DNA of 64,000 nt from Thalassolituus sp. UBA674 (GCA_002298335.1 DBNK01000033.1:7828-71827), one strand, 5' to 3'. Shown: positions 9,746-21,401, counted from the first letter of the stretch. Made by a program: numbers and translations. Notes: generated by a model from the letters alone, not told the origin.

Positions 9746-10225
9746 TTATTCAGCGTTCAGTTCAGCCACAGTTTTATGACGGATTTCCGGCCAGGTTTCT
9801 TCCGCGGTATCAATGTTGCCCGGAACGTCACTCAGCCACTTTTTCTGTACCGCGTGATTCAGGTTCAGGTACAATTTTTGGTCAACGATGCGCCAGGCTG
9901 TCGGATCCGCATCCAGTTTTTTCTCCAGGGCAACACCCATGGCGCAGAAGCCACCGTACTGAGGTGCGTATTTTTCCGGGTAGGCACGGAAGCGGTCACG
10001 GTTATCTGCGCTGGAGAAGTGATAAATCGCATCCTGATACGATGCGGTGTACTCAGCACTGCCCTGCACCGGCTTACCCTGAGTGAAATAGGCGACGGCG
10101 TCATAGCCCTGAATCGCCAGGTCATTGGCATTGACGTTAACGTCGATGTCAGCGGCCCAGGTCAGGCTGGAAACAGACAGTACCGCTACGGCGGCAACAG
10201 ATTTAATGGCATTTACAAGTTTCAT
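9746..10225 (-). CDS. YHS domain-containing periplasmic protein
   Basis: Start at 10225 with SD GGAGA. Signal peptide MKLVNAIKSVAAVAVLSVSSLTWA. AIQGYDAVAYFT...YHFSSADNRDRF...PQYGGFCAMGVA is typical of the YHS family. Confidence 0.8.
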   Translation of the reverse strand: MKLVNAIKSVAAVAVLSVSSLTWAADIDVNVNANDLAIQGYDAVAYFTQGKPVQGSAEYTASYQDAIYHFSSADNRDRFRAYPEKYAPQYGGFCAMGVALEKKLDADPTAWRIVDQKLYLNLNHAVQKKWLSDVPGNIDTAEETWPEIRHKTVAELNAE

Positions 10226-10376
10226 AAAACGATCTCCGTTTTGCATAATTAAGGTCAGATTCTGGCGACAGGACATCCCCGCCGCTTGATGACCACTATA
10301 GGGAGACCTCCCCCGTCAAAGGGATCAGATCGTCCTGAACTTGAACCCGATCGTCCGGACAGGCGGATTTTTCTTT

Positions 10377-11210
10377 ATGGATACACTTGCAGATATTCTG
10401 AACCGCTTCTCGATTTCCGCGCGGGTCTTCTTCAGCGGCAATCTGTGCGGTATACAATCATTCGGGGATGGTGGCGGGACACAGGGACACCTGCATCTTC
10501 TCAAAGCAGGCCCCCTGGCCTTTATCAACAATGAAGGTCATAAAATAGTGCTGGACAGGCCTGCGGTGATATTTATTCCCAGAGCATTTCAGCACCGGAT
10601 TATTGCCAATGAATCCGTGGGTGCCGAATTAGTCTGTGCCAATATTTTTTACGAAGACGGGCAAAGCAACCCGCTCGCCGGCGCATTACCTAAACTGATT
10701 TATTTTGATCTGGAAGAATCCGGTCTTCTCGGGCAGGCCGCCAGCTGGTTATTTGAAGAAGCCTTTTCAGAACAATCCGGTCGGCAGCCTATGATTGACC
10801 GCCTGTGTGATATTTTTCTGATACAGATACTGCGTCACGTGCTGTCTGAAGGCATTGTTCAGCACGGTATGATTGCAGGCCTGTCACACCCGCAGATCGC
10901 CAAAGCCTTAACCGCCATCCACCAGCAGCCGGAGCTGCCCTGGACCCTGGAATCCCTCGCGGCCAAAGCCGCTATGTCCCGTACCAGATTTGCTGAGCAG
11001 TTCCGTGAGATTGTCGGGCAGACACCCGGTGACTACATTGCCGACTGGCGGGTTGCAGTCGCACAGGGGTTATTACGGAAAAACAAACCCGTGGGTTTAA
11101 TTGCCAATGAGGTGGGCTATGAGAATGGTTCCGCCCTGGCACGTGTATTCCGTAAACGCACCGGGTTGTCCCCGAAAGAATGGCTGGAAAAAGCGAAAAG
11201 TCAGATCTGA
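10377..11210 (+). CDS. AraC family transcriptional regulator (cupin-like N-terminus)
   Basis: MDTLADILNRFSISARVFFSGNLCG... is an AraC-type cupin N-terminus, with a C-terminal HTH (LESLAAKAAMSRTRFAEQFREIVGQTPGDY...). Divergent from the YHS-to-DoxX operon. Confidence 0.85.
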   Translation: MDTLADILNRFSISARVFFSGNLCGIQSFGDGGGTQGHLHLLKAGPLAFINNEGHKIVLDRPAVIFIPRAFQHRIIANESVGAELVCANIFYEDGQSNPLAGALPKLIYFDLEESGLLGQAASWLFEEAFSEQSGRQPMIDRLCDIFLIQILRHVLSEGIVQHGMIAGLSHPQIAKALTAIHQQPELPWTLESLAAKAAMSRTRFAEQFREIVGQTPGDYIADWRVAVAQGLLRKNKPVGLIANEVGYENGSALARVFRKRTGLSPKEWLEKAKSQI

Positions 11211-11270
11211 TGGCAAAAACGTGCAGAACGAGGCTGTCCACTTCTGCAGACGGCACCTAATGAGCAGGGG

Positions 11271-11588
11271 TTATTCTGCCTCGGCCGCCACCGTAACAAG
11301 ACAATAACGGAGCAGATCCAGCTGCTGCCGGACCTCCGGCGGGAAAGTCACACCCTGCAGGTTATCCAGCAGCATCTGCGGGGCATAGTCTGAAGAAGGC
11401 CCCTGCATCACAACCCGGTCAACGTAGCTCTGCTCGTCCATGTAAGGCATCACCAACCCGGCAATGTCCCGCCATTCTGCCGGTTCACACTCCTCAGCCG
11501 TTGCCATCGCACAGGCAAGACCCGCTGACAGCAGCAACGGACCTGTCCACAACCGGTATCCGGGCTTTTCCTCCACCGCATTCCGCAT
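11271..11588 (-). CDS. Hypothetical small protein with a possible signal peptide
   Basis: 105-aa ORF between the AraC gene and mutS. It has a hydrophobic N-terminus ([17 protein letters not shown]) and no recognisable family. Confidence 0.35.
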   Translation of the reverse strand: MRNAVEEKPGYRLWTGPLLLSAGLACAMATAEECEPAEWRDIAGLVMPYMDEQSYVDRVVMQGPSSDYAPQMLLDNLQGVTFPPEVRQQLDLLRYCLVTVAAEAE

Positions 11589-11640
11589 TCAATCTGCTTC
11601 CCGTACAATTCCTCCCGGACTATACCATCTGAGGATCCCC

Positions 11641-14235
11641 ATGAGTCAGGCCAGCGCCCATACGCCGATGATGCAGCAGTACCTGAAGATTAAATCGGAG
11701 TTTCCGGATACCCTGCTGTTCTACCGGATGGGCGATTTCTACGAGCTGTTTTACACCGATGCACGACGTGCTGCTGAGCTGCTGGACATTACTCTCACCG
11801 CCCGCGGCCAGAGCGCCGGTGAACCGATTCCCATGGCCGGTGTGCCGTATCATTCTGCAGAAGGTTACATTGCCCGGCTGGTGAAACTCGGTGTCTCGGT
11901 TGCCATTGCAGAGCAGGTTGGCGATCCGGCAGCCAGCAAAGGGCCGGTAGAACGCAAAGTCGTGCGCATCCTGACGCCGGGAACCCTGACCGATGAAGCC
12001 CTGCTGGATGAACACCGGGATAACCTTCTGGTGTCTCTGTGCTCTTCGCAACAGACCCATGGTCTGGCGGTTCTGGAGATTTCCTCCGGGCGTTTCAGTG
12101 TACTTGAAGTCAAAGGCGAAGATGCCTTATCCGCTGAGTTGGAACGCCTGCGCCCGGCCGAATTACTGCTGCCCGAAGACCAGTCTTTTGCAGAAATCGT
12201 CACCAGCCGGGCCGGTGCAAAACGTCTGGCTCCCTGGCATTTTGAGGCGGATACCGCCCTGCGTCTGCTCACCACACAGCTGAATACCCGCGATCTGCAC
12301 GGCTTTGGCTGCGAAGGCATGAAAACCGCCATTCGTGCCGCCGGTGCCCTGCTGCATTACGCGCAGGAAACCCAACGCAACAGCCTGCCGCACATCCGCT
12401 CGCTCACCGTTGAGCAGCCGGATGACGCCATCATTATTGACCCGGCCAGCCGCCGTAATCTGGAAATCGATATCAACCAGAAAGGCGACAGCACTTTCAC
12501 CCTCGCCTGGGTGCTGGACAGCACCGCTACCGCCATGGGCAGCCGTCTGCTGCGCCGCTGGCTGAACCGGCCATTGCGCGACCACAGTGTACTGGCCCAG
12601 CGACAGAACCTGATCGGCCAGTGCCTGCAGCACTACGCTACGGATGATCTGCAACAAAGTCTGAAACGCGTTGGCGATGTCGAGCGAATTCTTTCCCGCG
12701 TGGCGCTGGGTTCAGCCCGCCCGCGCGATCTGGCACGACTGCGTGATGCGCTTACCGTCGTACCCGATATCCGCGCCCAGCTTGACCGTCTCGACAGCCC
12801 GCTGGCGCTGGATATCCGTGAGCGTGCACCGGAGTTTCCGCACTGGGTAGAGCGTCTGACACAGGCCATTATCGAAAACCCACCAGCGGTGATCCGCGAT
12901 GGTGGCGTCATAGCCACAGGCTACGATACCGAGCTGGATGAGCTGCGTGCCCTGAGTGAAAACGCCGGTGATTATCTGGTGAAAATGGAAGAGCGGGAAA
13001 AAGAACGTACCGGTATTCCGACCCTGAAAGTCGGCTACAACCGGGTTCACGGCTACTTTATTGAAATCAGCAAGGCGCAGGCGGAGCAGGCACCCGTTGA
13101 GTACATCCGCCGCCAGACCCTGAAAAACGCCGAACGTTTTATCACACCGGAACTGAAAGAGTTTGAAGACAAGGCACTGAGTGCCAAAGCCCGCGCCCTG
13201 TCACGCGAGAAGATGTTGTACGAGACCCTGCTGGTCGATCTGGCCGAAGAGCTGATTGCCCTGCAGACATGTGCTGCCGCTTTGTCCGAACTGGATGTAC
13301 TGGTTTGTCTGGCACTGAAAGCCGATGCCCTGCGCCTGACCGCACCGGATCTGGTCAGCGACAGCTGTCTGGATATCCGTCAGGGACGGCATCCGGTGGT
13401 AGAAGCCCTGATCACCGATCCCTTTGTTGCCAACGATACCTGTCTGGATGACGAGTCGCGCATGCAGATCATCACCGGACCCAACATGGGCGGTAAATCG
13501 ACCTACATGCGTCAGGTGGCACTGATCGTCCTGCTTGCGCACATCGGCAGTTACGTCCCCGCGGAATTCTGCCGCATCGGCCCGGTAGACCGGATTTTCA
13601 CCCGCATGGGGTCCTCCGATGATGTGGCCGGAGGCCGCTCTACCTTCATGGTGGAAATGACCGAGACTGCAAATATTCTGCACAACGCCACCCGCGACAG
13701 TCTGGTGCTGATGGATGAAGTAGGCCGTGGCACCAGCACCTTTGATGGTCTGTCACTGGCCTGGGCGGCCGCCGCTCATCTGGCCGATCAGATCGGTGCG
13801 TTTACCCTGTTTGCAACCCACTACTTTGAGATGACCGCCCTGCCCGAGCAGCACGCCGGTGTGGTGAACGTGCACCTCAAAGCCACCGAACACGACGAAC
13901 GCATTATCTTCCTGCACAGTGTCGAACCCGGCCCGGCCAGCCAGAGCTATGGCCTGCAGGTGGCCCAGCTGGCCGGCGTACCCTCTGGGGTAATTGCTCA
14001 GGCAAAGACGTTGCTGCTGCAACTGGAACAGTCCGGACATACGCCCACCCCGGTGGCAGCTCCGCTGGTCACTGCGGATATCCGGTCAAAACCGGCCCCG
14101 GTAGCTCCGCAACAGCCGGATATGTTCGCTACTGCCAGTTCCGGGGTTGAAGACGCGCTGCGTGACATTGATGCCGATGACCTGACGCCACGTCAGGCAC
14201 TGGAGCTGATTTACTCGCTGAAGAAGATGATGTAA
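11641..14235 (+). CDS. mutS: DNA mismatch repair protein MutS
   Basis: The start is set at [23 protein letters not shown] (canonical MutS N-terminus); the ORF-track extension to 11464 is not supported. Walker [10 protein letters not shown]. Confidence 0.98.
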   Translation: MSQASAHTPMMQQYLKIKSEFPDTLLFYRMGDFYELFYTDARRAAELLDITLTARGQSAGEPIPMAGVPYHSAEGYIARLVKLGVSVAIAEQVGDPAASKGPVERKVVRILTPGTLTDEALLDEHRDNLLVSLCSSQQTHGLAVLEISSGRFSVLEVKGEDALSAELERLRPAELLLPEDQSFAEIVTSRAGAKRLAPWHFEADTALRLLTTQLNTRDLHGFGCEGMKTAIRAAGALLHYAQETQRNSLPHIRSLTVEQPDDAIIIDPASRRNLEIDINQKGDSTFTLAWVLDSTATAMGSRLLRRWLNRPLRDHSVLAQRQNLIGQCLQHYATDDLQQSLKRVGDVERILSRVALGSARPRDLARLRDALTVVPDIRAQLDRLDSPLALDIRERAPEFPHWVERLTQAIIENPPAVIRDGGVIATGYDTELDELRALSENAGDYLVKMEEREKERTGIPTLKVGYNRVHGYFIEISKAQAEQAPVEYIRRQTLKNAERFITPELKEFEDKALSAKARALSREKMLYETLLVDLAEELIALQTCAAALSELDVLVCLALKADALRLTAPDLVSDSCLDIRQGRHPVVEALITDPFVANDTCLDDESRMQIITGPNMGGKSTYMRQVALIVLLAHIGSYVPAEFCRIGPVDRIFTRMGSSDDVAGGRSTFMVEMTETANILHNATRDSLVLMDEVGRGTSTFDGLSLAWAAAAHLADQIGAFTLFATHYFEMTALPEQHAGVVNVHLKATEHDERIIFLHSVEPGPASQSYGLQVAQLAGVPSGVIAQAKTLLLQLEQSGHTPTPVAAPLVTADIRSKPAPVAPQQPDMFATASSGVEDALRDIDADDLTPRQALELIYSLKKMM

Positions 14236-14421
14236 CCCGACTTGTTCGGTTTTACCGGATAATGTGATTGGAATTTTGCGCAGTGAATAACGCTCTGCCG
14301 GCCCGGGTTGCCTTGCCTGCCTGCCACACTCTGCCTAGAATACAGCCACTGTAAAACACCTATTATTATCAGCCGTTCTGCGTATCTTCGCCGCGGCATA
14401 CCGTGATTCAGGAGAACACCG

Positions 14422-14751
14422 ATGACCTTCGTTGTCACCGATAACTGCATTAAATGTAAATACACCGATTGTGTGGAAGTCTGCCCGGTCGACTGCTTCT
14501 ACGAAGGCCCGAACTTTCTGGTCATTCATCCGGACGAGTGCATCGACTGTGCTCTGTGTGAGCCTGAGTGTCCGGCAGAAGCCATTTTCTCTGAAGATGA
14601 AGTACCTGCCGGTCAGGAACAGTTCATCGAACTGAACGCCGAACTGGCCGAAGAATGGGCCGACAACAACATCACCGAGCAGAAAGATGCCCTTCCGGAT
14701 GCTGAAGAGTGGGATGGCGTGCCGGACAAAATCAAGCACCTCGAGCGTTAA
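14422..14751 (+). CDS. fdxA: 7Fe ferredoxin (FdxA type)
   Basis: [29 protein letters not shown]...[12 protein letters not shown], the Azotobacter-type ferredoxin I pattern. Confidence 0.95.
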   Translation: MTFVVTDNCIKCKYTDCVEVCPVDCFYEGPNFLVIHPDECIDCALCEPECPAEAIFSEDEVPAGQEQFIELNAELAEEWADNNITEQKDALPDAEEWDGVPDKIKHLER

Positions 14752-14766
14752 TCTCCACCCTCTGCC

Positions 14767-14794
14767 GCAGCCCGGCTATCTTGTGCCGGGCTGC
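14767..14794 (+). terminator. GC-rich hairpin after fdxA (possible terminator, no U-tract)
   Basis: GCAGCCCGGC-tatcttgt-GCCGGGCTGC, a 10-bp perfect stem. Confidence 0.4.
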
Positions 14795-14967
14795 ATGCGC
14801 ACTCTGTACCAACTCCATTCCTGAATAAGCGGTCATAAAAGCAAACTGACCAATACCCTCTCTGGCCCGTTTCCGGCTTTTACATATGTCGTAATTTGAT
14901 AGTCTGAACCCGCCTGCAGTCCGGAGTTTCTGCTGCAGTCATCCCCGCACTTATCAAGGATACGATT

Positions 14968-15549
14968 ATGAAAATAACACCCGCTGTTCCCGCACTCTGT
15001 GCACTCCTGTTGCTGATCCCTGCCAGCGCATCTGCTACCACTGAGCACGACAATGACGTGTTCATCCACACCAACGGCCTCACAGCCTGCAGTTTCACTG
15101 AAACCAGCCACAGCGTGTCCAAAGGACAACCTTATTCCGGCACCACGTCCAAAATGCACGATGGTAAATGCAAAGTGACCGTGAAAGCGGGTCGCCATGG
15201 CACCTCAGAAGTCGCCAAATGGTTCAGCAGTGAAATCGGCACCGGTGCCGCGATTGCCTGTGACTCCAGCGGCCCGATGCCCGACAAGCTGAACTTCGCC
15301 GTTGAAGGCACTCTGGTGCTGACCCAGGGCGATCAGACCACCACCTGTAAGAATGTCATCCTCGCTCAGGGCCACTTTGGCGTCACCAACAACTGGTGGC
15401 TGGGCAGCCCGGACGTGAACAGTGGTGGCGTACCTTTTGTTGGTCCGCTGACCGAGCAGTGTTCTTCCGGTGGCATCCTGCCCAAAGTGGTTGTCTACTC
15501 ACCACCACAACCCTGCGTGAATAACTTCACCGCCAACGTGAATCAGTAA
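14968..15549 (+). CDS. Secreted six-Cys protein of unknown family, paralog A
   Basis: 193 aa. Signal peptide MKITPAVPALCALLLLIPASASA. Conserved core IACDSSGPMPDKLNFAVEGTLVLTQGDQTTTC...NNWWLGSPD...PCVNNF. Confidence 0.7.
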   Translation: MKITPAVPALCALLLLIPASASATTEHDNDVFIHTNGLTACSFTETSHSVSKGQPYSGTTSKMHDGKCKVTVKAGRHGTSEVAKWFSSEIGTGAAIACDSSGPMPDKLNFAVEGTLVLTQGDQTTTCKNVILAQGHFGVTNNWWLGSPDVNSGGVPFVGPLTEQCSSGGILPKVVVYSPPQPCVNNFTANVNQ

Positions 15550-15608
15550 TGATCCCTGCCCCGGTGCGGTCTGCAGCGGGGCTTCATTTGTTTATCAAGG
15601 ATGCGATT

Positions 15609-16190
15609 ATGAAAACCAGAATTCAGAATAAAATACTGCTGCTTGCTGCAGCTGTATTTTCCATACAGACCATGGCTGATACTGACACCAACGATGTCTT
15701 TCTTCATGTAAACGGGATTACCTCCTGCTCCTTCACGGTCAGTAGTTATGATATTACCAGTGGCGAAGACTACGACGGTACCACCGCAACCGCCGAAGAC
15801 GGGGCCTGCAAAGTCACCATCACGGCTGACCGTAAAAAAAGTGAAGGCGTCGCTGAATGGTTTGAGCAGCAGATAGGCACCGGCAATGCCATTGCCTGTG
15901 ACTCCAGCGGCCCTATGCCAGACGATCTGAACTTTGCCGTTGAAGGCACTCTGGTACTGACCCAGGGTGACCAGACCACCACCTGCGACAATATTATTCT
16001 GGCTCAGGGACATATTCCCCTGCTGTTTACCAACAACTGGTGGCTGGGCAGCCCGGATGCCAAAAGTGGTAGTGTACCTTACATCGGGCCACTGATTATG
16101 AGCTGCTCTTCCGGTGGCCGGGTACCTAAGGCGGTAACCATGTCACCTCTGCAACCCTGCGTGAATAACTTCAATGTGGTAGTTGAATAA
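15609..16190 (+). CDS. Secreted six-Cys protein of unknown family, paralog B
   Basis: 193 aa from the ATG at 15609, which has the same ATCAAGGAT-CGATT-ATGAAAA leader as paralog A. Signal peptide MKTRIQNKILLLAAAVFSIQTMA. Same six Cys positions and core motif. Confidence 0.7.
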   Translation: MKTRIQNKILLLAAAVFSIQTMADTDTNDVFLHVNGITSCSFTVSSYDITSGEDYDGTTATAEDGACKVTITADRKKSEGVAEWFEQQIGTGNAIACDSSGPMPDDLNFAVEGTLVLTQGDQTTTCDNIILAQGHIPLLFTNNWWLGSPDAKSGSVPYIGPLIMSCSSGGRVPKAVTMSPLQPCVNNFNVVVE

Positions 16191-16202
16191 CAAATGGGAT
16201 AT

Positions 16203-16231
16203 AAAAAAGCCCGGCAATGCCGGGCTTTTTT
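16203..16231. terminator. Bidirectional rho-independent terminator
   Basis: AAAAAA-GCCCGGC-aat-GCCGGGC-TTTTTT between the convergent paralog B and hisD. Confidence 0.85.
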
Positions 16232-16248
16232 ATTCCGCTGAACCGCAA

Positions 16249-17541
16249 TCAATCCTTAATACGGAATTCCGCAGAACGGGCGTGCGCGGTCAGGTGTTCA
16301 CCGCGGGCAAGTACCGAGGCGACTTTGCCCATTTCCGACGCACCATCAGCCGAGAACTTCACCAGCGACGAACGCTTCTGGAAGTCGTAAACACCGAGCG
16401 GTGACGAGAAACGTGCGGTGCCGGAGGTCGGCAGTACGTGGTTCGGTCCGGCGCAGTAATCACCCAACGCTTCCGCCGTATACCGGCCCATAAAGATAGC
16501 TCCGGCATGACGGATGCCGTCCAGCCAGCTGTCCGGATCTGCCACGGACAGCTCAAGGTGTTCCGGCGCGATACGGTTAATGAGATCCGTCGCTTCACTT
16601 TTGTCTTTGGCCAGAATCAGTGCGCCACGACCTTCCAGTGAGGTGCGGATGATCTCCTGACGCTCCATGGTCGGCAGCAGTTTTTCAATGCTGGCTTCGA
16701 CACGATCAAAGAAGGCGGCATCGGTGGCAATCAGAATCGACTGGGCATCTTCGTCGTGCTCAGCCTGCGAAAACAGGTCCATGGCGATCCAGTCCGGATC
16801 GGTCTCACCGTCACACACCACCAGAATCTCCGACGGTCCGGCGATCATGTCGATACCCACCGCACCGAATACCATGCGCTTGGCGGTGGCGACATAGATG
16901 TTGCCCGGACCGACAATTTTATCGACCTTAGGCACGGTCGCGGTACCGTAAGCCAGTGCCGCCACAGCCTGAGCGCCACCGACCGTAAATACACGGTTCA
17001 CACCGGCCAGAGCGGCGGCAGCCAGCACCAGCTGGTTCAGTTCACCACCCGGTGTTGGTACCACCATAATAATTTCGTTCACGCCAGCCACATGGGCCGG
17101 AATCGCATTCATCAGTACCGAAGACGGATACGCCGCTTTGCCACCGGGTACATAAATACCCACGCGGTCCATCGGTGTGATCTTCTGGCCGAGCATAGTG
17201 CCGTCGGCTTCGGTGTAGCTCCAGGAATCCTGACGCTGCTTTTCATGGTAGGCACGCACACGCTCAGCGGCGGTCGTAAGAGCCTGCTTTTCGGCAGCTG
17301 GGAGACTGTCGAGGGCAGCCTGAAGCTGCTCCTGGGACAGTTCCAGTTCAGCCATGCTGGCAACGGACATACGGTCAAAACGGTTGGTGAATTCCACCAG
17401 TGCGTCGTCACCACGGCGACGTACTTCCGTGACGATATGGGTCACAGACTGCTGAACTTCGATGTCAGAGACGGATTCCCACGCCAGCAGATCGTCCAGC
17501 TGTGCGTTAAAGGCAGAATCCTGAGTCGATAATCTGCGCAT
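16249..17541 (-). CDS. hisD: Histidinol dehydrogenase
   Basis: 430 aa with HisD sequence throughout (...[13 protein letters not shown]...[10 protein letters not shown]...[13 protein letters not shown]). Confidence 0.97.
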   Translation of the reverse strand: MRRLSTQDSAFNAQLDDLLAWESVSDIEVQQSVTHIVTEVRRRGDDALVEFTNRFDRMSVASMAELELSQEQLQAALDSLPAAEKQALTTAAERVRAYHEKQRQDSWSYTEADGTMLGQKITPMDRVGIYVPGGKAAYPSSVLMNAIPAHVAGVNEIIMVVPTPGGELNQLVLAAAALAGVNRVFTVGGAQAVAALAYGTATVPKVDKIVGPGNIYVATAKRMVFGAVGIDMIAGPSEILVVCDGETDPDWIAMDLFSQAEHDEDAQSILIATDAAFFDRVEASIEKLLPTMERQEIIRTSLEGRGALILAKDKSEATDLINRIAPEHLELSVADPDSWLDGIRHAGAIFMGRYTAEALGDYCAGPNHVLPTSGTARFSSPLGVYDFQKRSSLVKFSADGASEMGKVASVLARGEHLTAHARSAEFRIKD

Positions 17542-17555
17542 AGTGAGCCTCTCTC

Positions 17556-18197
17556 TTACTGATCGCGACGGGCAACGGCGGCGGCCATGCTGTCGATGAT
17601 GGGCTGAATCTGGTTGTACTTCACCTTCATGGAGGCACGGCTGGCGACCAGGCGGGAGCTGACGTCGGAGATCAGATCGCGTGGCTCCAGACCATTGGCC
17701 CTGAGGGTATTGCCGGTATCGACGATATCCACGATCAGGTCAGCCAACCCCATAATCGGCGCCAGCTCCATACCACCGTAGAGCTTGATGATATCCACCT
17801 GCCGTCCCTGCTCGGCGAAATAGCGCTTTGCAACACCGGTGAATTTGGTGGCAACCTTCAGGCGACCGGCGGGTAACTCGCGGTCTTTCAGTGCAGCGGT
17901 CATCAGACGGCAGGTCGCGATCTTCAGATCCAGTGGCTCACACAGGTTGGGGCTGTTGTATTCCATCAGCACGTCTTTGCCGGAAATACCCAGATCAGCA
18001 GCGCCGTATTCCACATAGGTCGGCACGTCGGTAGCGCGGATCACCACCAGCTTGATGTGATCGTGGTTGGTATCAAAAATCAGCTTGCGGCTTTTATGGA
18101 TGTCTTCAGCCGGATGAATACCCGCTTCTGCTAACAATGGCAGGGTGTCGTCCAGAATACGCCCTTTCGACAGGGCAATGGTCAGTGGCTGAGTCAT
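17556..18197 (-). CDS. hisG: ATP phosphoribosyltransferase (short form)
   Basis: 213 aa: [10 protein letters not shown]...[21 protein letters not shown]...[14 protein letters not shown]. Confidence 0.95.
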   Translation of the reverse strand: MTQPLTIALSKGRILDDTLPLLAEAGIHPAEDIHKSRKLIFDTNHDHIKLVVIRATDVPTYVEYGAADLGISGKDVLMEYNSPNLCEPLDLKIATCRLMTAALKDRELPAGRLKVATKFTGVAKRYFAEQGRQVDIIKLYGGMELAPIMGLADLIVDIVDTGNTLRANGLEPRDLISDVSSRLVASRASMKVKYNQIQPIIDSMAAAVARRDQ

Positions 18198-18222
18198 GAT
18201 AATCCTCTGTTAGCAGTGGCCA

Positions 18223-19491
<1,269 letters not shown>

Positions 19492-19725
19492 TTAAGACCC
19501 TGCTTTTTCAGCGGGCGTATAGGTATGAATGGACAGCGCATGCAGGCTGCCATCAGTAATGAAGGAGTTCAGGATGCGGTACACAAACTGCTGACGTTTA
19601 ACGACGTTCAGACCTTCGAACACGTCGCCAACGCCGGTGATTTCTTTGACGTAGCCGTCGGTAACGGACCACTCGACGTCAGGCGCTTCCGCCTGTAATA
19701 CCTTGAGGATGTCTGCCGGTGTCAT
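19492..19725 (-). CDS. ibaG: BolA family protein (IbaG/YrbA type)
   Basis: 77 aa in the conserved position between the mla operon and murA, with a BolA-like C-terminal HALSIHTYTP. Confidence 0.8.
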   Translation of the reverse strand: MTPADILKVLQAEAPDVEWSVTDGYVKEITGVGDVFEGLNVVKRQQFVYRILNSFITDGSLHALSIHTYTPAEKAGS

Positions 19726-19844
19726 AGAGCCGATTTACTCCGGATTCTGAAAAGCGGCCAATGATAGCGGATTTGGGCGTTTTTACGAAGCAAAAGCCGA
19801 TGTAAAGGCGGGTTCAGGCGCGGCGGAATGCGCCGCAGCCCGGA

Positions 19845-20159
19845 TCAGGCAGCGCGGACCACTGAGCTGAAGATATCATCCAGTCCGCAGATGGTGATCA
19901 TGGCACCAAACTGTTGCGGTGGATTGATCACGGCGAGGGTTTTACCGCTGGCTTCGCAAAGACGCAGCCAGTCGAGCAGCAGGGCGACAGCGGCGCTGCT
20001 GAAGTGACCGGTCTGCGGTGACAGATCCAGCGTCCAGTTGCCATCAGCGGCGGCAATCATAGAGCGCCCCTGTTCCAGCAGAGGTGTCACCGTATGCACC
20101 GTCAGCTCACCCTGCAGCTGCACCGTGCCATCGCTCTGAGCGACCAGTGCCGGCTTCAT
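19845..20159 (-). CDS. mlaB: STAS-domain protein MlaB
   Basis: 104 aa, STAS/anti-sigma-antagonist-like. Its start overlaps the mlaD stop (TGATG). Confidence 0.75.
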   Translation of the reverse strand: MKPALVAQSDGTVQLQGELTVHTVTPLLEQGRSMIAAADGNWTLDLSPQTGHFSSAAVALLLDWLRLCEASGKTLAVINPPQQFGAMITICGLDDIFSSVVRAA

Positions 20160-20614
20160 CAGTTGCCCTCGGCCTTGTTGAACAGGAAGCGGCTGATCAG
20201 GTCTTCCAGCACCACGGCAGACTGGGTATCGACGATCCAGTCACCGTCTTTGAGGTTATCCAGCTCACCGCCCACCTGCAGACCGATGTACTTCTCGCCC
20301 AGCAGACCGGCAGTCAGAATCGCGGCGTTGGTGTCGGTGCTCAGAGTGTCCATGGATTTATTGATCTCCATTTCCACCACGGCTTCGTAATATTCGTTAT
20401 CGAGGTAGATCTTCGTCACTTTACCAATGGTGACACCCGCCATAGAGACTTTGGAGCGCTCGGTCAGCCCTCCAAGATTCTGGAAGCGGGCCTTCAGGGT
20501 GTAGGTTTCACCACCTGTGTCCATCGACAGACCACTGACACGGAAAGCCATCAGTACCAGAGCGATGATACCCATCACCATAAAACTACCGACGCTCAGT
20601 TCAACATAACGCAT
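20159..20614 (-). CDS. mlaD: Outer membrane lipid asymmetry protein MlaD (MCE domain)
   Basis: 151 aa with an N-terminal TM segment plus an MCE domain (YTLKARFQNLGGLTERSKVSMAGVTIGKV). Confidence 0.9.
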   Translation of the reverse strand: MRYVELSVGSFMVMGIIALVLMAFRVSGLSMDTGGETYTLKARFQNLGGLTERSKVSMAGVTIGKVTKIYLDNEYYEAVVEMEINKSMDTLSTDTNAAILTAGLLGEKYIGLQVGGELDNLKDGDWIVDTQSAVVLEDLISRFLFNKAEGN

Positions 20615-20618
20615 GGCT

Positions 20619-21401
20619 TCAGATGCCTCCTAACATGACAGCAGTCAGAATAAAGTCGAGTCCCAGTACCGCCAGGGACGAAATCACCACCGTTTGCGTG
20701 GTGGCTTTACCGATCCCTTCCGAGGTCGGTACACAATCATAACCGCGGAACACCGCAATCCAGGTCACCACCAGACCAAAGGCAGAAGCCTTGATCAGGC
20801 CTTTGACCACGTCTTCATAAAAGGTGACGGAATTCTGCATATTGCCCCAGTAGGCGCCGTCGTAGAGACCGAGCAGATCAACGGCCACAAACGCGCCACC
20901 CCAGATACCAACCGTACTGAACAGCAGTGCCAGAATCGGCACACTGATCACACCGGCCCAGAGACGCGGGGTAATCACCCGCTTGAGCGGATCCACACCC
21001 ATCATTTCCATGGCAGAGAGCTGCTCCGTGGCTTTCATCAGACCGATTTCCGCCGTCAGTGCTGAACCGGCCCGTCCGGCAAACAGCAGCGCCGCCATCA
21101 CCGGCCCGAGTTCCCGCAACAGGGTCAGGGACACCATAGTGCCCAGCGCGGAGACCGAGCCGAATTTGATCAGGATGTTGTAACCCTGCAACGCCAGTAC
21201 CATGCCGACGAAGAAGCCGGCGACAACGATGATGGAGAGCGAACGTACACCAACCGAATGAATCTGTTTGATCAGATCAAGAAAGCCCGCACTGCCCGGC
21301 CCGCCCCATAACAATGACTGGCGGAACAGAATACCGGCACGACCAATGGCCTCTATCGCTTCGACGCCGGAACGGCCGAGTTTCTGCAGACTGTTAAGCA
21401 T
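20619..21401 (-). CDS. mlaE: Mla ABC transporter permease MlaE
   Basis: The start is set at MLNSLQKLGRS (21401), 8 nt into the mlaF 3' end. Multi-pass permease with a typical MlaE core (TAEIGLMKATEQLSAMEMMGVDP). Confidence 0.9.
   Translation of the reverse strand: MLNSLQKLGRSGVEAIEAIGRAGILFRQSLLWGGPGSAGFLDLIKQIHSVGVRSLSIIVVAGFFVGMVLALQGYNILIKFGSVSALGTMVSLTLLRELGPVMAALLFAGRAGSALTAEIGLMKATEQLSAMEMMGVDPLKRVITPRLWAGVISVPILALLFSTVGIWGGAFVAVDLLGLYDGAYWGNMQNSVTFYEDVVKGLIKASAFGLVVTWIAVFRGYDCVPTSEGIGKATTQTVVISSLAVLGLDFILTAVMLGGI

Noticed and set aside
11464-11640. N-terminal extension of mutS proposed by the ORF track (start at 11464).
   Set aside because: The canonical MutS N-terminus ([18 protein letters not shown]) begins at 11641. 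The extension has no homology-like features and overlaps the divergent small ORF and promoter region.
14752-14967. RsmZ-like GGA-rich sRNA downstream of fdxA (its position in Pseudomonas), and a sigma-54 promoter (TGGCCC-N5-CGGCT, ~14863-14878).
   Set aside because: There are only about five GGA motifs on the minus strand, close to chance. None is displayed in obvious hairpin loops, and there is no U-tract terminator. The -12 element lacks the TTGC core, so the sigma-54 match is weak.
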